From Octopus sinensis (Eukaryota), in NCBI RefSeq assembly GCF_006345805.1, contig NC_043006.1:10912001-10976000 (forward strand): a stretch of 64,000 bases of DNA, in the 5' to 3' direction. Under the pieces are notes generated by a model that did not search any database, had not been told where the DNA came from, and saw only the letters and a list, made by a program, of their open reading frames with translations. The translations under genes were made by a program, and so were the position numbers. The number at the start of each line of letters is the position of its first letter. The stretch's first letter is position 1. Shown piece by piece: positions 49,779-63,454 of the stretch.

Positions 49779-50519
49779 AATACTAAGCGTAAATGTTATA
49801 CAAATGTTATTTAATCTTATTTCAAGGTACTAAATGCCTTTTTTCATGAAAGCATAAGTACCCAGAAATTTGATAAATGTTAATTTCTAATTATTGTATG
49901 CACGCAATATTTCGTGATTTTATACTTTTAAACTTACACTCCAGGCTAATAATAATTCACATATGAAATAAGTCCAACCGGCATTTTAGTTCAATAATAT
50001 GAAAAGTTCTTTAACTATAACTTTAATAAAAGGAAACTGATTGCCGATTTAGGTACCTGGCGAATTACTCGAACCACTGAAACCGTCATCCGGTAGTATA
50101 TGTTGACTTGGATAACTAATTTCAAGTCAGCAGTGAGGGAGAATCGAACACACAACCACTGGTATTGCTACTTAAAATAGCAAAGTTTTTTAAAATCTGA
50201 TTTGCATATTTACAGTTTGGTTAACTGATTAGTTTATGAGCAAGGACAAGGTAATGTCATTGATATATTTACGTAACACCTAACATTTTTGCTCCTTGTG
50301 GTACGATACTGTAGTCTCTCGGTCATTATTTAAGTTGACGGATGCAAGTTTATATGTTAGCTAGAGATGAGAGTATGTGATTAGCGACAGAACATCGTAA
50401 GTGAACGAAATTAGTTTCACCTTAAAATGAAAACTAGCATTGTTTGGAATAGTGTCTTTGGACATTTTCCCTTCGCATTTAACTAATAGAAAATTGTATA
50501 TGTTTCGTCTTGTATATTT

Positions 50520-51176
50520 ATATTAGTGATTTTATGTTCTGTTGTGTCTGGGGAGAGTCATTTTCTTTTTGTGCCTTATTATTTAACACACATACCGGTA
50601 AAATTTCCACTTTTTTTCGTATTTTTATTGTCTTAAAATTTTCATTGCGTGTTACAACCTTTTCAATAGTTTTGACTCTCTTATAATTTGTGGTATTGTA
50701 CAAGTTATATGGTACAGAGTCCTGTTGCCAGATATAGGATCTTCCGCAGCCACCCTCTTGACCCAGGGCGGCACAACCTCCTCCAGGCACTTGATGTAAG
50801 CTTCCATGTTGAGTGTGAGGCCGTGTGGGAAGATGAAGAGAGGCATGACATCGTCATTCACAAGCGATCACTCCAAACACCTTAATGTTGACTGGAAGTT
50901 TGACTTTTATCACGCTCGGTGCATCTTTTGGGAACAGGGGAAAAAACAACGGTTGTTCTGTGTGTTCACCATCTTTTCGTAACGGAACTTCCGCCGGCGC
51001 AAATACCAAGCAGTACAACATGGTACTTCCAAATTTCTCGCCATGGTGCTGTTTTTCTCACAGACGCTGCTCAACTTACCCTACTATAACTGTGTAGTCG
51101 ACAAAATCAAAAGCAAGCAATGCGCATGCGCGAAATTGAAAACATAAAATGGTGAAAATTTACCCATCGCACCCTG
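50520..51176 (-). mobile_element. Internally deleted maT/DD37D-like Tc1/mariner fragment
   Basis: PVNIKVFGVIA..DVMPLFIFPHGLTLNMEAYIKCLEEVVPPWVKRVA.GRSYIWQQDS; one TIR-like end (cagggtgcgatgggtaaa, 51176 inward); third catalytic D absent, so spacing is inferred from similarity. Confidence 0.75.
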
Positions 51177-51246
51177 TGTGTGTCTGTGCGCGCTTTTCAG
51201 TTTTGTGCAATATGTGTGTATGCATGTGTATGCATATATATATATA

Positions 51247-51275
<29 letters not shown>

Positions 51276-51278
<3 letters not shown>

Positions 51279-51435
51279 AGATAAGAAAATGGAGAAATAC
51301 ATCTAAATCAAATATCAATACCAGATAATACTCAATCACATACTTTATTAAACCACCACATAAAGTATGTGATTGAGTATTATCTGGTAATTGATATTTG
51401 ATTTAGATGTATTTCTCCATTTTCTTATCTTGTAT
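51276..51435. repeat. Fold-back inverted repeat (~73-bp arms, 11-nt loop) next to (TA)n
   Basis: agataagaaaatggag...catactttat pairs with ataaagtatg...ctccattttcttatct. Confidence 0.9.
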
Positions 51436-51799
51436 TAGTAATTTGTGGTAAATCATTTTACTTTTCCCCATATAATACAGTAAAGTATTTTGCATTTTAT
51501 GCATAGTAATCAGGGTAACGTTCATAACCTTATTGAATAATTGCGTATTTCACCATAAATGGAAAATGCTGCTATCGATCTATTTTATTGAAGGTAGGGA
51601 CTGCCTACTTTACCTACCTAAGCAACACGTCCCTGTTGTACATTATATATATGTATGTGTATATATATATACTTACCGAAATTGCGAAGATAATCTGGTA
51701 CTTGACTGAGGAAAGAAAACTTCAAATGAACCGTCTTTGTTTTCTTTGTATCGTCCATCCGGATGTTTTGTTGTCCCATTTTTGTATCACCTAACTGTC

Positions 51800-52400
<601 letters not shown>

Positions 52401-52974
52401 CACGAATGTGTGTGTGTGTAAATGTCTGTATAAACTCACCATGAAAATATATTTTATGATTCGCACCAAGGAATATATTTCTTACGATCTTATAGCAAAT
52501 AACGTTGAAGTTTAAAAAATAATAATAACTGAATGTGTATTAACATTATCCTTGGCATGTCTTCTGCTCAGCATTCTGATGTTGCGAAAGTATTTACAGA
52601 CTCGCAGTTTTGCAGATTCTGGAATTCGTAATCATGTCAATACAAGTGAATTTCCTATAACACCATTTATATTTCTTAAAAGACGATGACAATGACGTCA
52701 TATTAACGAGACAACATTCAGTTGTACAAAGGTTTCTTTTACTGCTCAACACCTGCATTGATGCGTGCAACCATCTTGTTCTTCTTTTTTGCTTTCCATC
52801 TCATTCTTATTATCACATATGCAATGCTTCAAATTACCTAATGTGAATATATGTATGCGTATGCGAGGCGCGTATACGCAATATACATACGCACACAAAC
52901 ACACACATACACACACATATATATATATAGAGAGAGATAAATAGATATATGTGTATGTATGTATGGATATATTA

Positions 52975-53016
<42 letters not shown>

Positions 53017-53254
53017 CATGCATATATATCTGTGTGCATGTATATACAACATATATACATGCATATATATATATGCTTGTATATATGTATATGTATGTAT
53101 ATTTATATATGGAAGTATATATGTATATATAGATACATACATCCACTTATACGCACATAAACACATATATGCATATATATATATATATCAACACGTACAT
53201 ATACACATATGTATATATGTGTGTGTATGTACATATATATATATATGTATATAC

Positions 53255-53286
<32 letters not shown>

Positions 53287-53287
<1 letters not shown>

Positions 53288-56200
53288 ACATTATTGGTGA
53301 ATTGAAGAAATGGAGCTGAACGCAGATTGAACAGAAATCGTTTTATTTCATTCTACACGTGTTTCAAAGGCACACATTACCAAAATCCGATTGAATAATG
53401 GGACCATATTGTGTCTTTCTCTTCAGGAAGAAAAAAGGAAATCCGTTGGAAAAACAAAACAGAACAGGGCAGAGCAAAAACAAATCGAACTGTGCTCCTA
53501 AGAGCCCATGGCGAAACTGTTTATCAGTGTATGTTGAGAACCGGTGGCTGAAGAATTCAACAGGTCAGGCATCGGTCAACATGTGGGTGGGTGGGTGTAT
53601 AGATGTTCTTTGTGACCGAGAATAAAGTTCTGACTATTTAAAGAATATTGGATGTTTTATAAGGGGCGAGAAAAAATCTACTTAGAGACGTGTGTGTGTG
53701 TATACTGTTCTATATATGTGTGCGTTGGCGTAGGGGTAGAAAAAACATTTTTTGTGTACGTGTGTGCGTTTGATCGTTCGGCTGTCAGTGGCTACTGCCG
53801 TGATAACCGTTGGGTGGCAGAAAAAAAAATAAAGAAATTATATATATATATTTTTATGTTTTATGTGTGTGTGTGTGTGTTCATCTAAGCCTACCTTGAC
53901 AAGGAAACCCCCGCTGTGAAAAAACAAGCCCCGTTTGTCTTACAGGAGTAATTTCCCTTGCAGTGGTTAATTGTAGATATCTTAAACTATTTCAGAATTT
54001 GTTACCAAGGCTATGGGTGCCGGTCTTATTTATGAACGCTATTTAAAGGCCAGATAAGTGTAACGCCGCCAATGGGGGCATCGAAAAGCCGACTGTAAGA
54101 GCCCGTTTAACCATCCGGCCTCTGGCAAACAAAATATGGAAGAGTTCGGAGACACAAAGGTTGCACTGTCTTCTGCCCCTATCAAATGGAGGGCCACCGA
54201 CAAAATTGACCATTCCATCAGCCTATAGCTTAAGTTCGCATCCTTCAGTCGCCATATTAGCTTACTGAGTCCCGTGGTCTGGCGCTTGTTCACGTCCCGA
54301 AAAGTTGCGTAATGGTTGGAGACACGCAAAGACAATCTTGAGGACGATGCCCCTATATAAGTGAAGGCATCTGAGTCCGTGTAACCTTGCATTGGTAGAC
54401 GGCGTTTTTGATCTTGGAGTTCGCCGACGTGAATCTTACTCTGCTAGGATTGGTTTCTGAAATTAGAACTGCGTTCCTGTCACTATATTCGTTCCGAGAC
54501 CTGCAGCCGCTTACTACTCTATTTTCCACTACGTCACTATTAACTATAGAATAACCCCTGATTCTCCACTATCTATCAGAGTGCTGTCATTGCTACTGCC
54601 CGTGGTACTGCTATTGCGGGAAATGATGCTGGGGATGCTAAAGGGGCTCTCTACCTACTACTCCCATTGTTACCATCAACCACAACACCCCTATTTATAC
54701 TATACCCCTAGTGGGTACTCCCTGGCTGGAGCTGAGATTATGTGTCACTGTACTGGCTCTCATATCATATTACTACTATAATTATCCTACTGAGCATTAA
54801 GCCGGGAGCGGAAGAGGCTGTGCCTCCGGAAAAAGGTGATAGGGTCTTAGTAAGTAGCCTATTATTATGGGAGGCGATTATCTGGGCGAGGTTTTTAGTG
54901 TTGGAGAAAGCTATCCTAACTTTATGTGATTAACCGTGGAGTAATATTTGGAATTTCTGGGGAAGTTATTGGCGATGGCTTGTCTAAACATGAGGGGAGG
55001 TTAGTTCTAATCTGCTTACCAAAGGGGATTACAAACCATATATGCTTATTCCTATCAGTGTGATGGGTCGGGACGCCAGCTCTCGCATTTGGGTGGGTGA
55101 TTCTCGGATGAATAACGGGTTTTGGGTTAGTGTAAGACCTCCCGGACCGATAATTATCCTTGTTCGCTAATTAAATGCGGGAGCGACTACCCCGGTATCC
55201 GCCGCGCTCCCGTCCTTACTTAAAATGTTAATGTTATTATATACGGCCCTATCCTGATGACCCGAATGATGGCATCGGAAGGCCGGATCAATATAAATTA
55301 CCTTCTGCCTATAACCGGCCTTGATAGTGCGGCGTTATAAAATCCGCTTTCTGCATAAAAATTCGGCACTGGCGGACACCAGACAATCTTAGAGAGATGT
55401 TTTTAACCAAACAATTGTCTGTTACGGTTTTGGCATGATTTGAGAAGACACTGACATACTTCAAATTAGTGGAAGGCTTATGGTAAGGGCAGTATGAGTC
55501 GCTATTAAGGTTAAGTGTAACGTCTAGGAAATTAGCCTTGGTGAGTTCGTTATCAAAAACTATACTCATGCCCATTCTATTAAAAAACTAGCTAACCTGC
55601 TCTTAGTTTTCTCTGCACTATTCTGTTCGTGGTGTTTTGCAGGTAAAACAGACAATCGTCACGATACAGGCCGCCCGCGATTTCCGGGAATTGATCGGAC
55701 AATTCGTAAGAATATATATTCCGACCAAATCGGCTATCTGCGCACTATCCGAACTACCCATAGGCACATCAAATTCATTGGGAGTATCCTTACGGATCCA
55801 CAGCTTATTATCAAACTTAATAAACGATTTCCTGGCACTAAAAATGATATCTATCTCTTCTCTGGTGAGGCCTGCTTGTTGTGAGCATGCCAGAGGGCCT
55901 TATTTAGCACACTAGGGTTAATCGAGGGAGAAGCTGGCGATATCAAACTGAATGAACCTAGTACGGTTCTTATTGGGGATGGAAGAGAACCACTTCACTA
56001 CCTGCGAGGAGTTGGCCCAGAGGCTGAGCTTCAGCTTGTTTACTAAACTAGGGATATATTTATCTAAAATGTACTTACTGATTATCCCGATATCAGATCT
56101 AGCAGGGCATATGAGTCTTAGCGCTGGGTTGGTGTGGAAGTTAGGTTTATGGTCCTTACTATAAATCTGGGTTGCTTGGGGCTAAGCGGCTGAGTTCTCA

Positions 56201-56959
56201 TTTGAATTCGGTGTTTAAATATTATATCCTTAATTTCCAAGTTTACCTTCCTCAGGGTACTCCAATTGTTTTTTCTATAATTTTTCTTGATCTCTTTACC
56301 GAGTAAATCTAGGTACTGCTTAATGGGCATCTTGTATGTGGTCCTGGTCTTGTCGGACTGGACCAGGACTCCGTCCGTTCTATTAATGTCCTTGGTTAAT
56401 TTTATCTAGGTATCTGAGGTGGGCATTTCCTCCTGGGTGACTTCCTGAACTTATCTTTCTGACTATGTCCCACAAGTCGTCCTCAAACTTCTTCAGTCTT
56501 GGGTTCGGTGGCGGCGTATCCAATGTTTTAAAAAGCGGCCGTATTCGGACGATGCAGTTGTCCGGTTCGATTTTAGATCTTCGTTCTCGTGGAAGAAAAT
56601 GAGCCATCTTATTCGGTTTATGAATGCGTTGGTTTTACAAACCAACTCCTTAAGGAAGGCATCCTTTGGTGGTATAGGATATCCTTAAGGGACGCATCAA
56701 TCTCGAACAACTCCATTATTGGCGTCGGTTAAGTAGCAGTTTCTTGACGAAGCGGTATGTATTATGTGAAATAGAAAGATGAATAATCTTGTAGTGGATT
56801 AATCAAAAGTTTAACCGATACCTTAGTAGCAAAAAATCACAGCAGTGAACAGCACGGTGTGGGGTACAACCATCTGGCGTTGCAACCGTGCGTTGGTGCG
56901 GATAATTGAAATTAAAACATTATTGGTGAATTGAAGAAATGGAGCTGAGAACGCAGATT
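53287..56959 (-). mobile_element. Near-full-length Penelope-like element (RT plus C-terminal GIY-YIG), frameshifted, with ~42-bp terminal direct repeats
   Basis: SLKDI/PIPPKDAFLKEL..RIRW, SDKT, KDHKPNF..P..RLICP, FDVPMGSSDSAQIADLVGIYIL, GGLYRDDCL, FLDVTLNL..YCPYHKP, IWFVIPF, AVYQCKVT..YIG..R..NH; repeats at 53287-53328 and 56916-56959; TA flanks. Confidence 0.92.
53346..53434 (-). ncRNA. Type I hammerhead at the PLE 3' end
   Basis: TTTCTTC-CTGAAGA-G-AAAGACACA...TGTGTGCCTTT-GAAA-CACGTG-TA-GAATGAAA. Confidence 0.75.
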
Positions 56960-57398
56960 ATATATATAATATATATATATATATATTATATATATGTGTG
57001 TGTGTGTGGTGGTGGTGTTGTGTTGTTGTTTCATGAGGAAGACACTTTATTTCACGTTGCTCCGGTTCACTCAGATGTAGAATTGAGTTGCGGAGCTGCA
57101 TCGGCATTTGCTTTTCTCCTGGATAACATCGGTGGCATGGAGAGGGGAGGCTGGTATGCATGGGTAACTGCTGGTCTTCCATAAACAACCTTGCCCGTGT
57201 TTTTTCCTGGGGGAGAAACTTTCTAGGTATAATCACGTGGTCATTCATGAACTAAGGGCGTGTCTATCATTTTATACATATGAAAATACCCATCATAAGT
57301 ATTGCAGTATATTTAATTTACACTTAGAAAAATTGCAAATAAATTAGAAGGAAAATACCCTCCAAAATTTATATCGATTATACACGTGTGTGTATATA

Positions 57399-57454
<56 letters not shown>

Positions 57455-57582
57455 ATAAATAAGTGCGCCCTTTTAAAGCCTAGCCAGACTCATGGGCGCG
57501 GTTTCCCGATTTCTATCGCGTACATACACATACACATACACATATATACATACATACATACATACATACATGCATACATATA

Positions 57583-57636
<54 letters not shown>

Positions 57637-57639
57637 GGT

Positions 57640-57740
57640 GCCTGGGCTAGTGGTGAGGCTGTTGCACTCACGATCGCTACATCGTAGGCTCGATTTCCTG
57701 AATGGGCGACACGTTGTCTTCTTGAGCAAAATGTGTATTT
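57640..57740 (+). mobile_element. Degenerate tRNA-headed SINE fragment (family E-like)
   Basis: ggctagtggtgaggc...ctcacgatcg...gctcgatttcc...gtcttcttgagcaa. Confidence 0.5.
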
Positions 57741-58928
57741 GTTTGTGTGTGTGTGTGTGTGTATGTGTGTCTGCCTGTGTCTATGCTTGTGTGTTTGTGT
57801 GTTTCAACGAATCAGTAATCTGAAACCTGAAAGACATGGGCTTCTGTTAGAGGACCGCGAAACTCAAGTCGCATAAACCGAATCAAACCTTTTCAAATAA
57901 TACATATAAGTCCTACTGAATGTGTCGATTTCGGCACTTTCCAACAGTATCGCGCCTCTGAATGGCAAGAAATAACATTGATACGAACAGGGATTCATCA
58001 GTTTTCGGGTGGTTTTTTTTTTATTCATTAGACACTATAGCAGGCACATTTTCCCTTCTGTTATCTCTGCAGCCGCCACAAAAACCAGAAGCTCTAGTAT
58101 CCACCCTAATCCTCCAGAAACAATTTTGTTTTATCGTTTGCGTTTAGTATCAGCTTTGATCTTTCCTCATACACATCAATATCAAAGAAATCTTTAGCTG
58201 CCCTTTGAATATTAATCATCTCTCATTTTAACCAATGGTCTTATTTGCACAGCGGTTCTAAATCTATGTTATTAAACGCACACATCAAATTTATCGATAA
58301 ATATGCTGCCGCGTTTTATCAATATTTTAGTTAATTAATCCGCACGCCATCGAACGTACTGATATGCAAATTAACCAAACCAATGCAGTCATTGTATAAC
58401 ATATTTAAAAAGATGCTGTAAGTTCCTTCCCTCTTTATCTGTCTTTCTCTCCCTCCTTCCCTCTCTCTCCCTCCCTCCCTCTCTCTCTCCTTCCCCCCTC
58501 TCTCTCCCCCTCTCTCTCTCCCTCTCTCTCTCTCTCTCCAATGGATGATATAAAACCCTTGCTAAGCTGATAATGGGGCGAAGTATTTGTTCTGTTCTTC
58601 AATGAGTTTCGTTGAGAAATCTCTGTAGTTTAAACATAGAAATGTTTATTCAAAGTCTGCACACGAATTTATTTCTAAATAAATTCATAAACACGCACTT
58701 TAAACGCAATAATTTATCAATCTGCAGTTCGAAGGAATGGAATGGCCGGGTATGCAAATGAGCAAAACAGCGGCGAATGTATTTCATAATATTTTAAGAG
58801 TCGTTGAAATTTACACACCTCATCTCTCCTCTCCATCATGCTCTGTAAATACAGATAGAGTTGTCTGTCTTTGTTTTGATGTTTTCTTACACGGCATAGT
58901 TTGATGTAAGATTAGTAAGCAAACCTAT

Positions 58929-59325
58929 ACTCTTTTACTCGTCTCAGTCATTTGACTGTGGCCATGCTGGAGCACCACCTTTAGTCGAGCAAATCGCCCC
59001 CCGTATTTATTCTTTGTAAGCCTAGCACTTATTCTATCGGTCTATTTTGCCGAAGCGCTAAGTTATGGGGACGTAAACACACCAGCATCGATTGTCAAGT
59101 GATGTTGGGGGGACAAACAGACACACAAACATCTACACACACACACATATATAAATATACATATATACGACGAGCTTCTTTCAGTTTCCGTCTACCAAAT
59201 CCACTCACAAGGATTTGGTCGGCTCGAGGCTATAGTAGACGACACTTGCCCAAGGTGCCATGCAGTGGGACTGAGCCCGGAACCACGTGGTTCGTAAGCA
59301 ACATAATTGCCACACAGCCACTCCT
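58929..59325 (-). mobile_element. SINE family B
   Basis: Reverse complement of 4561-4961. Confidence 0.86.
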
Positions 59326-59367
59326 ACACCTATAAAATTCATTGTGTAAATTTATTGACTGTATATA

Positions 59368-60635
59368 CACGAGGGGGTACCCAAAAGTAACCGCAATTTT
59401 GGAATATTATTTCATTCATTTAGCTTTAGATGTTTACGCTTTTATTGCCTTCCAAAGTATTCTCCATTTGAAGCAATACCTCGGTCCGGACGTCTTTGCC
59501 ACTGTTCGAAGCAGTCCTAGAACTCTTGTAAAGTGATGCCTTTTAACGCCTCCGTTGTTCTTTCTTCACCTCTTCCACATCTGCAAAACGTTTTCGGTGG
59601 GGACAAAAAAAGTTGATGGGAGCAAGATCGGGTGAATAGGGGGGGAAACAGGGTGATGCTATTTTCGATCAAAAACTGACTTATATTCAAGGCGGTGTGC
59701 GATGGTGTATTGTTCTGATGAAACCAGCACTCTCCACTTTGCCACTGGTCAGGGCGTTTTCGTCTCACGGCATCTTGTAAACGCTTCAGAACTGCCAAGT
59801 AAAATGTTTGGTTAACAGATATTTGTTCCAGAATGAAACAAATACTATGTGGACAATTCCTTTCGCATCGCTGAAATAAATTAGCATCGTCTTGACAACA
59901 GACTTCACTTGACGTAATTTTGTGGGCGTGGTAATATTGAATGCTTCAATCAACGTCATTCCTGTCATAAATAGCACCCGCTTTTGTCACCAGTGATGAC
60001 CTTCGAAAGAAAAGGTCCGGATCAACTTCCAAATTTTTTTTTCAGTCATGACACGCTTTCAGTCGTGACTGCTTTCGATCCTCTGTGAGTAAGTGAGGCA
60101 CAAATTTTGCTGCAATTCTTTTCATTCGCAATTCCTCGCTCAAAATTCTTTGAGAGGCGCTCCAGTACACATCAGTCATATTTATAAGTTCCTCAATTCT
60201 TCGGCAACAATCCTCATGACGGTTTCATTCATTCGGGATGTCGAAGGTCGCCCTGAACGACGTTGGTCTTCGAGGAAAAAGTAGCCATTCCTAAAAATGT
60301 GAAAACCACTCGTAAACTTGCGTTTTGCTCATGGTAGCATCCTTGCGAGTTGTTTTGAAGCATGACAATTGTTCCGCCGCTGCTTTCCTCAGCAGGAAAC
60401 AAAATTTCACGGAAGCAATTTGTCCCTTCGTTTCAGTCATCGTAAAAATTGACGAACAGGGGAGAAGAACTGCAAAAAAAGGATGCACGACATGGCAATA
60501 CAACTCCACGCGACGGCCCCGGTCGGCAGACTAATGCCCGTGGGTCGCATCAAGATGCTTCTAACGACAGGAGCCTGAACTCCAACGGGCTTGTCCCACA
60601 AAGAACGCTTCCGGTTAATTTTGTATTCCTTCGTG
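59368..60635 (-). mobile_element. Full-length but dead mariner (DD34D type) with TIRs and TA TSD
   Basis: TA|cacgagggggtacccaaaagtaaccg ... cggttaattttgtattccttcgtg|TA; VKFCFLL, TQVYEWF, ITGD, HQNNTPSH and PYSPDLAPIN (2nd and 3rd catalytic D mutated to N); 1268 bp. Confidence 0.9.
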
Positions 60636-60663
60636 TATATATATATATATATATATATATATG

Positions 60664-60967
60664 TGGAGGCGCAATGGCCCAGTGGTAAGAGCAGCGGACT
60701 CGCGGTCGTAGGTTCGCGATTTCGATTCCCAGACCGGGCGTTGTGTGTGTTTGTTGAGCGAAAGCACCTAAAAGATCCACAAGGCTCCGGCAGGGGGGGG
60801 TGATCCCTGCTGTACTCCTTCACCACTCTTTCTCTCAATCTTTCTTCTGTTGGCCTGCTCGCTTAGCCAGCGGGGTGGCGTCATTCGAAGGCTAAAACAA
60901 TGCGAACGCATTGTGACCAGCGATGTGTAGCAGCATCTGATGGTCTGGTCGGTCACGTGATCACGTG

Positions 60968-60968
<1 letters not shown>
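60664..60968 (+). mobile_element. SINE family C; its 3' end is duplicated in inverted orientation at 61008-61036
   Basis: Full head and body; 29-bp arms around a (TA)n loop. Confidence 0.88.
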
Positions 60969-60998
<30 letters not shown>

Positions 60999-61033
60999 TA
61001 TATATATATCACGTGATCACGTGACCGACCAGA

Positions 61034-61072
<39 letters not shown>

Positions 61073-61129
61073 TATATATATTATATATATATATATATGA
61101 TGTATGTATGTATATTGTTATTATTGGTG

Positions 61130-61375
61130 AAAGTAATTGTTTTGTCATTTAAGCACACACTATAAATCTGGTCTTCATTTTATTCTTATTCGTATTGCCT
61201 TTATGTTATATGTCTGTCAAAGTTCTTTTGTCAGACATTTTGTGACCTCATCAGTGACTTTCTGTTCTATGTGTCTCCTCTTGTCATGCTTACTCCGTCC
61301 TGTCTCACCATCCCCAAGTTTCACAACATCCGTTTGAACAAACGTTTACACATCAAGAAAATCGCAAAGCAAATA
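61130..61375. mobile_element. PLE-related fragment with a one-mismatch hammerhead (61216-61258, minus strand)
   Basis: + frame TIPKFHNIRLNKRLHIKKIAKQI is homologous to [23 protein letters not shown] at 30470-30400; GTCA-CTGATGA-G-GTCA..TGAC-aAAA-GAAC-TT-TGAC. Confidence 0.55.
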
Positions 61376-61430
61376 TATATATATATGTATTATATTATGT
61401 ATATATATATTATATATATATATATATGTA

Positions 61431-61470
<40 letters not shown>

Positions 61471-61923
61471 TATATATATATATATATTATATATAGATAG
61501 ATAGATAGATAGATAGATAGATGATAGAGATAGATAGATAGATAGATGATAGATAGATAGATAGATAGTAGATAGATATAGATATAGTATTGTTGATATA
61601 TAATTGTTGAGGAGATGTTTTACAATAAGCGTGGAAATGACATAAAAAATGAAACAGAATAAATGTTTCCTATATGAAATGCATTACTCGAATAGAGAAA
61701 ACTTGGTTAGACAATCAGGGGAAGCAGTAAGTCATTTGGGAGTGTGACATATTGGATATCACAAGAAGCGATTCGAAATACAAGATTTTTATTGATTATC
61801 TTGATGTTGTAATTTGAAAATGTAATACGGTCTGTATACGTAACGATGTAGCGATGGATCATCCTATATAAATCAATCTCTGTCATATATAATTGTCCAT
61901 CCATTGTGTGTGTGTGTGTGTGT

Positions 61924-61967
<44 letters not shown>

Positions 61968-62226
61968 TAAGTGCGTGCCGTGGTGTTCACCGTAAGAATG
62001 TGGGGTTTGATTCCCAGACCGGATGATACGCTGTTTTCTTGAGAAAAAAACATTTCGTTTCACGTTGCGCCAGTCTACCCTGCAATGGACAGATGTTCCG
62101 TTCAGAGGGAATGTTAGTCAAGCAACCCACACTCCCTCATTTGAAAATTCTAAGAATGGGACGAAGCGCATTGTGACCAGAGATGTTTAACAACATCTGA
62201 TAGTCTATGTATATATATATATATAC

Positions 62227-62272
<46 letters not shown>

Positions 62273-62279
62273 ATAAACT

Positions 62280-62622
62280 CGACTCCGTTGGTCACGGATG
62301 ACCATGGGTGCAACTAAGAGATTCCACTCCGGGGTAGAAGTCTAGGTGGAAAGTCGCCGCACCAGTGAGCTCTCAACCTAGGGTTCTTTTCATGGAAGAC
62401 CAGCATGCCACCCTCCCCTCTCCACGTCACCGATGTTGTCCAAGGGAAAGGCAAAGGCCGATACAGCTTGGCATCTGTGACGTCGCAACTCATTTCTTCA
62501 GCTGAGTGAACTGGAACAACATAAATTAAGTGTCTTGCTCAAGAACATAACACACAGCCCGGTCCGGGAATCGAATTCACAACCTCACGATCGTAAACTC
62601 GACGCTCTAACCATGCGCCTTC
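62280..62622 (-). mobile_element. tRNA-headed SINE, family E
   Basis: Reverse-complement head (gcatggttagagcg...gaattcgattccc), gttcttgagcaagacactt core-like segment, gagttgcgacgtcac body. Confidence 0.7.
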
Positions 62623-62650
62623 ACACACACATGCACACACACACACACAC

Positions 62651-62689
<39 letters not shown>

Positions 62690-62698
62690 ACATATATT

Positions 62699-62743
<45 letters not shown>

Positions 62744-62754
62744 ATATATATATA

Positions 62755-63089
62755 GCTATGGTGGCATCTGTCGGTTACGACGACGAGTGTTACAGCTGAT
62801 CCAATCAACGGAACAGCATGCTCGTGGAATTAATGTGCAAATGGCTGAGTACTCCACAGACACGTGTACCGTTAACGTAGTTCTCGGGGAGATTCAGCGT
62901 GACACAGATTGTGACAAGGTTGGCTCTTTAAAATACAGGTACAACAGAAAGAAACAGTGAGAGAAATTTGTGTTGAAGGTGTTCAGCAGGGTTCACCATC
63001 GCCCCCTGCCTGAGCGTCGTGGAGCTTTAGGCGTTTTTGCTCAATAAACACTCACAATGCTCGGTCTGGGAATCGAAACCGTTGCACCT

Positions 63090-63092
<3 letters not shown>
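62755..63092 (-). mobile_element. SINE family D (diverged)
   Basis: gtcggttacgacgacgag...aacgtagttctcggggagattcagcgtgac plus family C 5' half. Confidence 0.8.
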
Positions 63093-63125
<33 letters not shown>

Positions 63126-63128
<3 letters not shown>

Positions 63129-63385
63129 CGGGATCACCGTGACCGACCAGGCTATCAGATGTTGCTACACATCGCTGGTCACAATGCGCTTCGCATTGTT
63201 TTAGCCTTCAAAGGACGCCACCCTGCTGGCTAAGCGAGCAGGCCTACAGAAGAAAGAGTGAGAGAAAGTTGTGGCGAAAGAGTACAGCAGGAATCACCAC
63301 CACCCCCTGCCGGAGCCTTGTGGAGCTTTAGGTGTTTTTGCTCAATAAACACCCACAATGCCCGGTCTAGGAATCGAAACTTCGA
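63126..63385 (-). mobile_element. SINE family C (head truncated)
   Basis: Match to 8000-8309. Confidence 0.82.
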
Positions 63386-63454
63386 TCTTGCTATCGTGTG
63401 TACAACAGCCTAAACAATATTCCACGTGCTCGAAGGATGTATACATTTTCATAT

